A stretch of DNA of 64,000 bases, taken from contig NC_134474.1 in NCBI RefSeq assembly GCF_964194025.1, positions 47,554,001-47,618,000 on the forward strand. Direction: 5' to 3'. Below, piece by piece: positions 24,968-38,317 of the stretch. This DNA is from Convolutriloba macropyga (taxonomy: Eukaryota). The position numbers and the translations under genes were made by a program. Every line of letters starts with the position of its first letter. The first letter of the stretch is position 1. The notes beneath the pieces are model-generated. The model was given only the letters and a program-made list of their open reading frames with translations. It searched no databases and was not told where the DNA came from.

Positions 24968-25136
24968 AATTGTTTTCCACCTGATCAATTTAGTGCTGAT
25001 GACATGAAAGCCTTCCAACTATATTAAAAATTTAAACGCCGTTTTAGAATTGAAAAATTATTGTAAGCTCAATTAAAACTTAGTTGCTCTGGTTTGTTGT
25101 TGGTGTTGTATTTTTTTTTTAATCTTTCCACAGTAC

Positions 25137-25341
25137 CTGTGATTTGGAGTGCCGATAGAACACAAGCAGCAGCAGCATATCCACAGTAGCAGTACCCTAT
25201 CTGTTTGTGGAAATGAGGCCACATTTCGTTAAACTGGCTAGTCCCACTCTCTTCCGCCTCAGCCAACATCTGCTGGCCTCTCTCGCTCTCCAGAAGAACC
25301 CAGGACTGTTGCTTCTTATCTTGGTTATTACAACCAGGCAT
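25137..25341 (-). CDS. PCS: Duplicated PCS exon 1 (distal copy; potential alternative first exon, P13S and L40M)
   Basis: Near-identical to 21873-22077 with ATG, donor site and upstream TATA region intact; no dedicated downstream exons of its own. Confidence 0.65.
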
Positions 25342-27132
25342 AGTTAGTAATAGTTATAATAAATATAAGTTGTCAACTCTTCTGCTGTCTTAAAGGTACG
25401 AGTGATTGACAAATAATGAAGAAGTTTTATACGTACGCTGTCTTTGATTAGTCAAATTTAGTTGGATATAAAAGTTTTAACTTTCTGTTCAATATACCGA
25501 AAAAGCAAACCGAGCTTTTGTTTTGTTCTTGAATCAAATGACCACCTAAGTCTGTTCAAAAAATGTTTCCTGTGACGAAAAACAAATTATGAAGGTCAGA
25601 AACTACAATTTGTTAGCTCGGTTGGTATAAATAAATCTTTAGAGTATAATGTTCGAATTAATTTTAAATTAAACATGATATCTGATATAAGTTGTCATAC
25701 AATACAACAGGCGTTTAGTTATCGGCTTAAACTTGTTTGCAACTCAACAGGTAATCCAAATTATTAATACGTTTGCGTAAATTTTTCTAATAGAAAGAAC
25801 GTACTTAGTGCGAAACGCATTTTGTGTTAATACACGCCAAAAGTAAGAACACAAATTTGATCAAATTCATAAACCGCGATTTGGTTTTGTGGAATTACAG
25901 GTCTAATAAAACAAGTCAAGCTGAAAATCTTTGCAAATACAAAATGCAAATTTCTTAAAATAGAAGAGTGCTCCAAATATTTGAGAGCGTGACGCTCGAT
26001 TTTGGAGCAAGTCAAGCGTCAAACACTGGAACACATTTAGCCGTCCAAGGACTCTCAAGCAGGGAATCGCCTTTTTCCATGTTTTGCCATTCACTTATGG
26101 TCACTATAGTGCAAATAATTCCTCAGTTATGCAAAGCCGTTATAATTGAACGCAACATAAGTTAAAGTCTTGTAGCGTGCACATTGGGTGAAAATATTCA
26201 TCCAAATGCACGCAATGTAAGTGAAAATTAGAGTTACTATCTTTCCTCTCCCTTCATGTCATAAACCAATGACACACGCCTTAAGCCGGTAATAAAATGC
26301 ACAATAACCGATTTGCATAATCACCCAAAGAAAACGTCCCGACAAAAACGATCTGAAAATTGAATTTGGCAGTGTCCTGGTTAATTTTATCATTTTTGTT
26401 CACAAATTTGACTGACTGGAAAAGTTCATGACATAATTGAATTCAAAATCTTTTTTATTGCCAAAAGTTCTCATGTTGAATGTACTGAATTATTATAATC
26501 TTCGCATAATTTTCACATCAATCAACAAAGGTATGTGGCGTTTGTTTACCTATGTTCCGATCCTCTTTTATCCTCGTTTTTGACACAACTTATCGCCAAA
26601 CAGAGCACTGATTGTCATATCGTAAAGCGTTAGTTATTTGATTGAGCTTTAAAGTTTGATTGGGTTCCCAATTACGGATCTTCGAGGTCAACAACCGATC
26701 TAATATAAATTCTCGTAGCGTGCGAATAGGAAAAATCTTCAAAATATGATAAAAAAAATAGACAAATAATTGACTGAAAAAACTTGAAATTTACTTAAAC
26801 ATTAATCTCATGAAAATTCCATAGCCAAATACCATGTATTGTCCTGAAATTACCAAGAAATCAAATGAGTTTTTACCACTCAAGTGCATTTCTTAACAGA
26901 CTAACATTTTATCATTCTTTCTGATTATAAATGTACATTCTCCCACAATTTTGGTGCTTTTGAAAAAAAAATTGACAAAAACTGTGCCGACTACTGTGTT
27001 TAGCATTTATTGTAGATAAATGTCGTAAATAATCCCTAAAAAAATTATCTTAGCTATATTGTACACAAGAGAAAAATTGTTTAATTGACCAAATAAGTCA
27101 GCGACCTATATAAGTGATTGATGAAACAGAGG

Positions 27133-30100
27133 CACACATTAGCGATATATATCAACGAATGATTATACAGTAAACCTACGTTACCAACATACGTCCGCAA
27201 ATGTCGATGCAGCATCACACATTAGTGGCATTCATCAGCAAATTCTGATAGAGCAGCATACATTAGCTACATGTACCGGCAAGTGTTGACACAATATCAC
27301 ACTTTAGCGGCATTTATCAGAAAATTTTGATACAGCATCACATATTAGCGAATTGAAACAGCAAATGTAGATTTAACCCGATACATTAGCGTTTTTCATC
27401 AGCAAAAGTTGATACCGCGTCATAAATTAGCGATAGACATCAGCAATTGTTAACACACGTCAACGACAGCGCCTTTCATCAGCAAATGTTGATACATCAA
27501 CATACATTTGCAACATTCATCCGCAAATGTTGACAAAGCATAACACTTTAGCGGCATGCATCAGCAAAGGTTAATACAGCATCATTCTTCAGTGAAAAAC
27601 ATCAACAAATGTTAACACACGTCAACATCAGCAGCTATCATCAGCAATTCTTGATACAGCAGCATACATTAGCTATTAATATCATATATCCGCAAGTGTT
27701 GACACAGGATCACCCTTTAGCGGCATTTATAAGAAAATTTTGATACAACATCACACTTTAGCGAATTGAATCAGCAAATGTAGATTTAGCCGAATACATT
27801 AGTGGTATTCATCAGCAAATGTTGATAACGCGTCATAAATGAGCGACAGACTTCAGCAAATGTTAACAAACATCAAAGTCAGCGGCTTTCATCAGCGAAT
27901 GTTGATACATCAACATATAATAGCAACACACATCCGCAAATGTTGATACAGCATAGCATATTAGCGGCATTCATTAGCGAATTCTAATACAGCATCATTC
28001 TTTAGCAACAAACATCAGCCAAGTTTAACACACGCCAAAATCACAGGCTTCCATCAGTGAATGTTGATACCTCAACATACATTAGCAGCATACATCCGCA
28101 AATGTTGACAAAGCATAACACATTAGAAGCAAGCATCAGCAAACGTTAATACAGCATCATTCTTTAGCGACAAAAATCAGCAAATTTTAACAAACGCCAA
28201 CATCAGCGGCTTTCATCAGCACATGTTGATACAGCAGGAAACATTAACGACATACATCCGAAAATCTGGACAAAATATCACACATTAGCGGCATTTATCA
28301 GAGAATTGTGATACAGGATCACACAATAGCGAATCAGCAAATGTAGATTTAGTCGAATACAATAGCGGTATTAATCAGCAATTGTTGACGCAAAATCATA
28401 ATATAGTAACAGACATCAAAAAATGTTAACACACGTCAACATCGGCGGCTTTTATCAGTGAATGTTTATACAACAACATAAACTACCGACATACATCCGC
28501 AAGTGTTGACAAAGCATTGCATATTAGCGGCATTCATCATGAACACTAATACAGCACCATTCTTTAGCAACAAACATCAGCAGGTGTTAACACAGTTCAA
28601 CATCAGGGGTTTTCAGCAGCGAATACAACAACATACATTAGCAACAAACATCCTCACGTGTTGACAAAGCATAACACATTAGCGGCATGCATCAGCATTG
28701 GTTAATACGGCATCGTTTGACGTATTTGATAGAGCATCACACATTAGCGAATTGAATCAGCAAAAGTAGATTTAGTCGAATACAATAGCGGTATTCATCA
28801 GCAATTGTTGATGCAGAATCATAATTTAGCAACAGACATTAAAAAATGCTAACACACGTCAACATCAGCGGCTTTCATCAGCAATTGGTGATTCAGCAGC
28901 ATTCATTAGCGACATACATCGGCAAGTGTCGAAACAGTATCGCACAATAGCGGCACTTATCAGAGAAAATCGATACAGCATCAGACATTAGCAAATCGAA
29001 TCAATAAATGTTGGTTTATCCGAATACATTCAGCGGTTGTCATCAGCAATTGTTGATACAGAATCATAATTTGGAGACAGTCTGCAGAAAATGTTAACAC
29101 ACGTCAAAGTCAGCGGTTTTCATTATCAAATATTGATACATCAACATAAGTTAGCAATATACATCCGTAAATGTTGACAAAGCATAACACATTAGCGGCA
29201 TGCATCAGCAAATGTTAATACAGCATCAATCTTTAACGAAAATCATCAGCAAATGTTAACAAACGTCAACAATCAGCGGCTTTCATCAGCAAATGCTAAT
29301 ACAGCAGCATACATTAGCAACATACATTCGCAAGTGTTGACACAATATCACACAATAGCAACGTTTATCAGAGAATTTTGATACAGCATCACACATTAGC
29401 GAATTGAATCAGTAAATGTAGATTTAGCCGGATACATTATCGGTACTCTTCAGCAAATGTTGATACCGCGTCATAAATTAGCTACAGACATCAGCAAACG
29501 TTAACACTCGTCAACATTAGCGGCATTCATCAGCAAACGCTGATACAGCAGCATGAGTTTGAGACATGTATCCGCATGTGTTGACACAATATCACAAATT
29601 AGCGCATTGAATCAGCAAATGTAGATTTAGCCGAATACATTAGCAGTATTCATCAGCAAATATTGATACAGCATCATAAATCAGCGAAATATGTCAGCAG
29701 ATGTTAAAACACGTCAACATCAGCCGCTTTCGTCCGCGAATTTGATACATCAACATCCATTAGCAACATACATCCACAAATGTTGACAAAGCATAACACA
29801 TTAGCGGTTTGCACTAGCAAAGTTTCATGCAGCATCATTCTCTAGCAACAAATATCAGCAAATATTAACACACGCCAACATCAGCGGCTATGAATCAGCA
29901 ATTCTTGATACAGCAGCATACATTAGCTATATATATCATATATCCGCAAGTGTTGACACAGGATCACACTTTAGCGGCATTTATAAGAAAATTTTGATAT
30001 AACATCACACTTTAGCGAATTGAATCAGCAAATGTAGATTTAGCCAAATACATTAGCGGTATTCATCAGCAAATGTTGATAACGCGTCATAAATGAGCGA

Positions 30101-31280
30101 CAGACTTCAGCAAATGTTAACAAACGTCAAAGTCAGCGGCTTTCATCAACAAATGTTGATACATCAACAAAAATTAGCGATATACATCCGTAATTGGTGA
30201 CAAAGCATAACCCATCAGTGGCATTCATCAGCGAATGTTAATACAGCATCATTCTTTAGCGACAAAGATCAGCAAATGTTAACCCACGTCAACATCAGCT
30301 GCCTTCATCAGAAAATTTTGATACAGCAGCAGCAAACATTAGCTATATATATCAAATGTGGGCAAGTGTTGACACAAGATCACACTTTAGCGGTATTTAT
30401 CAGAGACTTTTTATACAGAATCACACTTTAGCGAATTGAATCAGCAAATGTAGATTTAGCCGAATACATTAGCGGTATTCATCAGCATTTGTCGATGCAG
30501 AATCATAATTGAGCGACAGACATCAGAAAATTTTAACACACGTCAACATCAGCGGCTTTCATCATCAAATCCTGATACATCAACATAAATTAGCGACGTA
30601 CATCCGCAAATGTAGATTCAGCATAACACATTGGAGGCATGCATCAGCAAATGTTAATACAGCATAATGCTTTATTGAAAAACATCAGCAAATGTTAACA
30701 CGTCAACATCAGCGGCTTTCATCAGCAAATGTTGATACAGCAGCATACACTAGCGACATACATCCGCAAGTATTGACACAATATCACACAATAGGGGCAT
30801 TAATCAAAGTATATAGATACAGCATCATACCTTAGCGACATGAATCAGTAAGTCTAGATACAGCAGCATCCATTAGCGACATTCATCAGCGAATGTTGAT
30901 ACAGCAGCATACGTAAGTGACATACAACATCAAATGTTAACACATGTAAACATTAGCGACATTCATCAGCGAATAATTATACAGCTTCATTCGTTAACGA
31001 CATTATTCAACGAATAATGATAAAGCATCACACCTTATCAAAATACATCAGCGAACACTGATGGAGCATCATATTTTTGCGACGTACATCAGCAAATGTT
31101 GATACACCAGCATACAATAGCGACATACATCAGCGAATATTTAAACAACAGCATACAATGGCGGCATACATCTGCGAATGTTGATACAGTAGCAGGCAAT
31201 AGCGTCATACGTCAGCGAAGGTTGTTACAGCCTCATACATTACAACATATGCTAGCGAATGTTGATACAGCATTAGCTGT
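27133..31280 (+). repeat. ~41-bp satellite array (~4.1 kb) with ~414-bp higher-order periodicity
   Basis: Diagnostic monomer tgtagatttagccgaatac recurs ~414-416 bp apart (27366/27780, 29620/30033/30449); monomer variants appear in an ordered series. Confidence 0.92.
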
Positions 31281-32415
31281 ATTTCAATATTTTACCACTC
31301 ATTGTTAAAAAGTTTTACGGTGCCAGTTGTTACTCAGGAATATACTTTTTTGTACTTTATTTGAAAAACTGAGAATATTTCAAGCTTATCTTGAAAGAGA
31401 TTCACGATTAAATACTAAATGCTGACATTCGGTTGACCAGAGAACCGTTTGACCAAAGAAAAGTTTTTTGTTGACCAAAGAAAAGTTTTACTCAGATCGT
31501 CAACTATGAAAACTGTGAAAGTAACCTGTACCACACATTTGTTAAACTTTTTGACTTTAAAAAATGTTATTATTGTGATATTGAGCTTGCTTTCGAAAAT
31601 GTAAAATGGACTATTGTTGTTGCAATCAAGAGATACACTTCAAAAACCTTTAACCACAAAAGTGGAGGAATGTGAAGTTCAATTCTCCTCGTTGACAGGG
31701 TGATCCGCCGACAAGTAATAAATGAGAATTTCAGCCCACAAATTTATCATAACTAGACAAAAAATTCCATTGGTCGATAAATCAGTTGTTCGATAGACCA
31801 TTATCTTTTGATATGCGGTCGGGTGGCGCTCCACTTGGCTTCTCTGTGGCCGTTCTCCTTGGTTTCTAAGGGTGCAATCACCGATAGAAGTTCGTTTCGT
31901 TACAAAATTTGAAATTAACCGTGCAGTATATTTGTTCTCTTACAAAATATCCTTTTAAGTTTGCCGATCACAGCTTCAGATTAACTTATCTACTTTCTCA
32001 TTTTTCGTGACTTGTCGGTTGAATTTTCTTTTTTTTATTTGTTGGCTATATGTCCTATCGGCCAAACGTCTTCCACTTTTTTAAATATCGGTCTCCAAAA
32101 CTATCTTCCTAAGCTTATTCACTGGAACGCTGTAAATTTTTGTCAACATATATAAATGAAGCGGAATCGTTATTGTTGCTGTGAATTATTGTCTTTTATA
32201 AACATTGTGGTCAGCTTAAAGAATATTTAAAAATATTTGTTTAATTTTTGTCCGCTATGTACCTTGATGAAAATGTATTCCTTATCATTTCAAATAAAAA
32301 TGCTCTCCTAATGGGAAGCTCCATAAGAAACGATTCAAACTACAACATTCTGTTGCTCTGTTTATCGGCCATAAGTATAGGTTTTTAAAGTCGTTTTGAG
32401 TCTAGCTCAACTTGA

Positions 32416-33393
32416 TCACGCATCTCTTGGGGTCAATTTCACATTGAAATTACGAGGTGACACTCCGACGAACCCAACCACAGGTGTCAAAGAGGGTTTC
32501 TCATCTCCAACAGCTTCTATTTTGTACTTCCTCACTATGGAAGCGAATGCCGAGAATACTTCCATCTTAGCAAACCCCTCCCCAAGACAAGATCTAGCAC
32601 CCATTGAAAAGGGGATAAGACAAGGATGTCGCTGAAACTTTCCGGACTCATCCAAGAAATTTCCTGGATCGAAGGATCCGGCATTCTTCCATCGCTTTTC
32701 GTCCCTGTAAAGGCACACTAGGTTAGGTATCATTCTAGTGCCTTTCGGGATGCGATAGCCGTGGAAATTTTCTATATCCTCATCTGCGGTGTGATCAATT
32801 GTTGAATAGAGCATAGGATAAACGCGCATAGTTTCATTAATAACTGCCAATGTATAGTCACAGTTACTCTGGACTGATAATGGAACAATTGGACTTTCAA
32901 GGTCAATTTTTGGTTTCAGCTCCTGATAAACATTTTCCTGAATGTCTGGGTAATGAATCATAACTAATACAAGCCAAGAGAGGGTATTAGTTGTTGTTTC
33001 CTGGCCTCCTAATATCAGGTCAACAAGGACACCGTGGGCACCTTTCTCATTGATTGTTGGATCGTTTTCGATCAAAATTTTGTCCCAGATATAATCAGAC
33101 ACACATTCCGGTTCTCGATTTCTGGCGTCTTGAGTTGAGTTTGGCTTTGTCTCTAGGAAATAGCCCATAACTTTGTGTTCGAATTGGGCTCTCAATGAAA
33201 GGAGTTCTTTCCCGATTGGCATGTGACGAGCAATGCACGTCGGAAGAATCCAGTGAATGCCCGTAGGATTCTGCAGTTCGGCTGTCCTGGCTAAGAAGTA
33301 GAAAGTTTCCAGATACTTTGGATCATTGTAGTCAAAAGTCTTATTGAAGACCATTTTGTACATCACGTTGTTTGTCATGTAACCTGCCAGTTG
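32416..33393 (-). CDS. Cytochrome P450 A (CYP2-like, clan 2), exon 2
   Basis: tttttag acceptor, phase 0 (QLAGYMTNN). I-helix GGQETT, K-helix ETMR, meander FDPGNF, heme motif FSMGARSCLGE. Confidence 0.95.
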   Translation of the reverse strand, partial: QLAGYMTNNVMYKMVFNKTFDYNDPKYLETFYFLARTAELQNPTGIHWILPTCIARHMPIGKELLSLRAQFEHKVMGYFLETKPNSTQDARNREPECVSDYIWDKILIENDPTINEKGAHGVLVDLILGGQETTTNTLSWLVLVMIHYPDIQENVYQELKPKIDLESPIVPLSVQSNCDYTLAVINETMRVYPMLYSTIDHTADEDIENFHGYRIPKGTRMIPNLVCLYRDEKRWKNAGSFDPGNFLDESGKFQRHPCLIPFSMGARSCLGEGFAKMEVFSAFASIVRKYKIEAVGDEKPSLTPVVGFVGVSPRNFNVKLTPRDA

Positions 33394-34603
33394 CTAAAAA
33401 GTGAACATTTAACTGTAAGAACAATTATGCTGGTTATATGGAAAATTTTCAAACAATATTTTTAATTCTTTTTCAATTTTAATGTCATTTAAAAGGCAAG
33501 AGCGAATTTTGGTTAGTGTTCTTGTTTACTATCCAAATAAAACATTGTTGATGATTCAAATAATTATTGCGGACACCTAGCAGAATGTGAAAAATCCCAG
33601 CGCCAAAAATCATATTTGCAGAATTAAGCGGTTTATAAAATCGATCTAATAATTAAAAATAATCTTTTTCCAGAAAAAGTACCCAAACAGTTTTAAAATT
33701 TTGTTGAGGCGACTCCAAATGTGTTTTTTATGAGTCTGCTCAGTCTTAAACCAAAATTACGTACCAAATTGTTGGATGGAAAATGGTTAGGTTAATCGTG
33801 GAACTAAGGGATCGAAAAAACATGATTTTCGTCATTCGTATTCACGGACAAACGTAATAAAAACCCACGACTTTGAGCATTCAATCGGGCTAAAATTTTA
33901 TAAACTGACTTAGTTACTATTATCTTAGTAACTACTTCAGACCCAGTTCAGAGACTTAATTGTTCCTGTGTGCAGTGATATGGGAAAATGTAAAACTGTT
34001 AATTATCTTTTAAATCCTCAATTAGCATTGCAAGGGACTTTTCTGAAATTTATCACTAATAAGGTTTCTTTCATTTTCGTGTAATTACCAAGATGCTAAT
34101 TATCTTGGTTAGAAACCGAGGGTGGCAATGATGGCATGGAATTTTGTGACGAGGAGTGGGATCTTTAAGCATGGTCATAAAAAATAGCAACAAACACTCG
34201 TGAGAAATTACTTTTAAAAAATGATATTTGCCACTTGATGAAAATAATTTAAAAAGAATTGAGTCCAGATTGCTATTGCTTGTCCTCTATGGGTTGCAAG
34301 AGCCGCCGGCATTAGCTAAATAAGAAACGTTGAATATTGAACAACAAAAAATGAATCTAATCCTCTTTGATCCAAACTATTTAGCAACAAGTAGAATCTG
34401 CAAGTGTAAACGTCCACATTAGCAAATAAAGCAGCTGTTATCAGACTTAAGGATTTACCATTTGTGTTAAACGATCAACATCATATGTTCCCAGATCTAA
34501 CTGGACGAATTGGCATTGACTTTGTTTGCAATCTGGTGCTCAAATTGTTTATTGTTTTTTTTTTGTTTTTCCATATAATGTCCTATCTCATACGCCCCAC
34601 TTC

Positions 34604-36615
34604 ATTGTTCCGACCCCTCTTGAGTGGGGGAGGAACTATATACTCAAATGGGTTTTTTTTGTTCAGTCATTTTTGGCCGATCGATATATTAATCGTAGAG
34701 AGTTGAGACTGGTATCTTTAGAAAGCTTGTCCAGCGTAGAATGTGGAATTAAAAAGATTTTTTTGATTTTCGTTTTTGACAGGGAGATATCGAGGTTTAA
34801 ACTTTCGAGCAAATAGAGTGAATTCCGTGATTTCATTCACCTTTTTTCGGAATTTTCGACTAAAATTTTGCACATTTGATAAAATTTAATAAAATTTTTC
34901 AGGAAAATGTTGTTGATTTTACGTTTAAAAACAAAATATATTGTCGGTTATTTTCATTGAATTTTTTTTTGTCACAAATTCCGGCTAAATATTTCACAAA
35001 ATTCAGACTTTTTCATCAAAAACAGCACGAAATAAGTTCCTTTAGTCCACTCTGATTAAATTTGCAGGAAGTGCACACCCAAACACCACTAACACAATCT
35101 TTGTAGACTGAAAAGGGGGCTAATTCCACTTCAACTTCCGTTGAGAGTGCTCTGTAAATAAAAATTTGCCGTTTTTTGCTAACTTTATTCGTTGAATATC
35201 AAAAACGCAGCATTTATTTCTGATTTTTTAACTAACAGAAAATCTATATCAATGACATTCCAAATATTAAATATTCCTAATGGACAATCAGCATTAGCAG
35301 AACTAGTTCTGTACCATTCTTGGACCGTTACAATCCAAAAATAATTCGGATTGTCGTCAGTCGGTTTTTTATTAAAAAAATTTGATCTTTTTTATATTAA
35401 TTAAATAACAGAACATTTCAAATCAAAGCTCACTAGTGATAGGTCTTATTGGCTTTATAATTAGCTCACAACTAATTTATCTAGTTGATTGCGTGAAAGC
35501 TCATGGTCATTTTGATTTTGAAATAAAAAATGGCTTATTGAACTTTGCCTCCATTTTTCTCTTAGTTTGGTCATTTTGGAGCTCAGTGTCAGCAATCAAA
35601 GAGTGCTCCTTCTTTCTGCTGAATTCAAGTGTAATCCTTATTGCGGTTTTACGCCTTATGTTATGGTGTTTTGGCTGTGATACTACTAGATTTCACAATT
35701 TTTTAAAAAATTCAAGGGCTTTCTTTGGAAGAGTGGTTGAACTTATTCAAATTTTTCATTTTGTAATTAAGGGCGTTCATGTCTTTGGAAAAAAATTTTT
35801 TTCGAAAAAAAACAAGTATTACATAATTTTGAATTTTGTTCTTTTTTGTCTAATTGTTGCTTATTTTCAATAATGAGTGGCCAAATAATACATTATCGAT
35901 TTTCGACGAAGGTGCAATCGAACATATTTTTTGGGCCAAAGTATGGCTTTACGGCTTCCAAAGCATTTTCTGGCAAGTTTTAATTGATTTTTAGTTTGTT
36001 GTCTATTTGTTTTTCTCTTTGTAACTGCATAAAAAATCAAATACCAAGAGTTCTTAATTCCCGTCTAAAGAAGTTTTGGTAATTGTAAACCATATGGGAT
36101 ATTTTAGTTGAATCCTAATGGCTTTCATTACTTTTTCTAACTCAGCGAATTTTCTAACTTTAAATTTTCTGTTCTTTTTTGTCTAATTTTTACCAAGCTT
36201 TATTATGAACTGGTGAATAACTATTTTTTTCTGGTGAATTACAAGTTATTTTGTTTATTTTCAGTTTTATCTGACGCTATTTTGACTTTGTTATTAAGTT
36301 CTGTTTTTTAAAACGGACTTGTTATAAATCATTTGATATAATAAATGTTTGTTGTTGTTGTTTGATTTTGCCGTTCGTCTTCGCCCGCTTTCCTAATATT
36401 GGCATATCTCATCAACCTAATGAATCATTTTTTACTCCACTGAGTTATTTGCTTTGTAGGCGATCTTTTCGTTCATACACCAGTATTTTTTGAAAAATAC
36501 TTGAATTTTTTGTGTTTTTCCATCTGTTCCTCATTTGGTAGACAATTATGCCAAAGTTGTGGATGAGCGGGGTCGGCACCTTATGTGCGATTGCACATTA
36601 CCGAGCCGCCTTGTT
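34604..36615 (+). mobile_element. Non-autonomous Helentron/HINE (DINE-1)-like element inside the CYP-A intron
   Basis: 5' subterminal ttgttccgacccc followed by a short inverted repeat; 3' ggggtcggcac (inverted subterminal repeat), hairpin atgtgc-gatt-gcacat and cttgtTT end. Diverged homologue at 49534-51892. Confidence 0.7.
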
Positions 36616-37819
36616 TCATTCAATTAGCATTTTTGCACCTACAGCAATCATTCCGGAATTTTTTGATATTGTGTCCAACACCATTGTGATATAAATTGAT
36701 CGGTTTGTTTTGAATGTCGTTTGATTCAAGGATAGCTTTTTCGATAAACAATTGTTCACCTCAAATAGCTCGAGCTCAAAAATTTCATTGATTTGCTTTT
36801 GCATAGTGTTAAATTTTCAACCATTTTTCTTTCAAAATTTTTTTTATTTTAAAAAAGGTTCTCGAAAAATTTCTGAAAGATGAAAAATTTTTGAGCTAAT
36901 AAGCTTGTCCAAGTTTAAAATGTGAAACTGTCTATGACGGTCAATCTTCAAATTTATGATAGGGTGAAGGCATAAATTCTCTCTGTACAGAAAACGCTTC
37001 TCTACACAATCTACGATAAAATGCATTAAATTGCTTAAGTTTTTTGCTGGTTTTGTAATGTTCATCATTATCTTTGGAGCTGGACAATAAAGCAAAATAA
37101 CCAGAACTCATTGTAGGATCCTACGTAGGCCTAAATTGTCCAAGATTGCTTCACTTTTGCTGACAAACGATCCTCAATTTTGTGAAAATTTTGATTTATA
37201 TGTTGCTTAATGTTTTTCATACAAATTATAAAGCAACCCTTTTTACAGGAAATGATTCCTAATGTTGCATGAGAAATTTTTGTGACTGTTTAGAGTGGCT
37301 TTAAAAAAATCTCAAACATGTAAATTCGAATAACCCCAAGGTTAAAGTTACATATTATGAATCAAACATACTACATCTTTCCCTTGAATAACTAAACATA
37401 ATAACAATAAAAACTAAGGTTCAGTTTCTAGTTCTCGTGAATTATGTTATGAAAATAAACTTTTAAAGCCTTCAATTTTTTTGTCCATTGGAACTCCTTC
37501 GTGTCTTTTTTGCATCTGTTCCTTTGATTCTTTTTTAAATATTTTCTTTGATTTTTCCTTTCTTAGAACTCTTGGACGTTTATTCCATTTCCGAACAAAG
37601 TTTCTTATAATTGAATTTTGACTCCATTTTGATTTACATTTTTTGTGAGAGAAAAATCATATGTACGATTATTAACTTTAATTTGAACGTCTCCGATTAT
37701 TCTGAATTTTCTTTGGTCTTGTAGGTTTGTTTGTTGGACAATATCGAAAAGTCTATTTAATGAAGTTTTTGCTATTTGAATTTCTGCGGGAAGTATTTTA
37801 TTTTCAAGAAGTAGTTTAC

Positions 37820-38317
37820 CCGTAAGCATATATCATCCTTCTTGTCTTCTTTCTCAATATGTTTCATAAACTTCTCCACCTCTGATTCCACCATTCCACC
37901 GTATGTATTCCGCCCAACGCCCATACTCCTGAAGATTTGAACGACAATTTTTCTCTTGCCCTTCCATGCCTCTCCGGAATCGAATGCTATGCCCTTGTCC
38001 AGTTCAAACAAAGTGAAAAACCCGAAGACCTTTCTACTGTTAAACCGACTATCGAAGAGAATCTCCTTGATGATGTCAAAGTCATTGACCCATACATCCC
38101 AAATATTTTTGCCCACTATGGACAGAGACACCATAGGTCCATAATCTTTGTGAAGTTTTTCCAGCTTTCCTATTAGGTGTTCATCCATGGAGACACTGAG
38201 TAGATTGTTGAGTAGAGGGAGGGCAATTGGTCCAGGGGGGAATTTGGATGGTCTGGATTTGGACCAGAACCAGGCCGTCACTAACCCAGCTGCTCCAGCT
38301 AGGTAATATTCTGCCAT
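37820..38317 (-). CDS. Cytochrome P450 A, exon 1
   Basis: MAEYYLAGAAGLVTAWFW anchor, PPGP hinge, WKGKR C-helix; cgg|gtaaac donor; 166 codons. Full protein 491 aa; intron 4426 bp. Confidence 0.93.

Larger units (their letters stand above)
21702..28231 (+). repeat. Recent ~3.26-kb direct tandem duplication (21702-24967 / 24964-28231)
   Basis: Identical ORF-track entries offset by 3264 bp; only scattered substitutions; junction gttGATAaattg fuses satellite to unique sequence through GATA microhomology. Confidence 0.92.

Noticed and set aside
23869-31280. 41-bp array as CRISPR or as a repeat-protein gene
   Set aside because: No constant repeat/variable spacer alternation; the unit is not a multiple of three and no long ORF spans it.
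32655-32675. PERF motif replaced by PGNF/PENF in both P450s as a sign of inactivation
   Set aside because: His or Asn at this position is common in CYP2-family enzymes, and the heme Cys, ExxR and I-helix Thr are intact.
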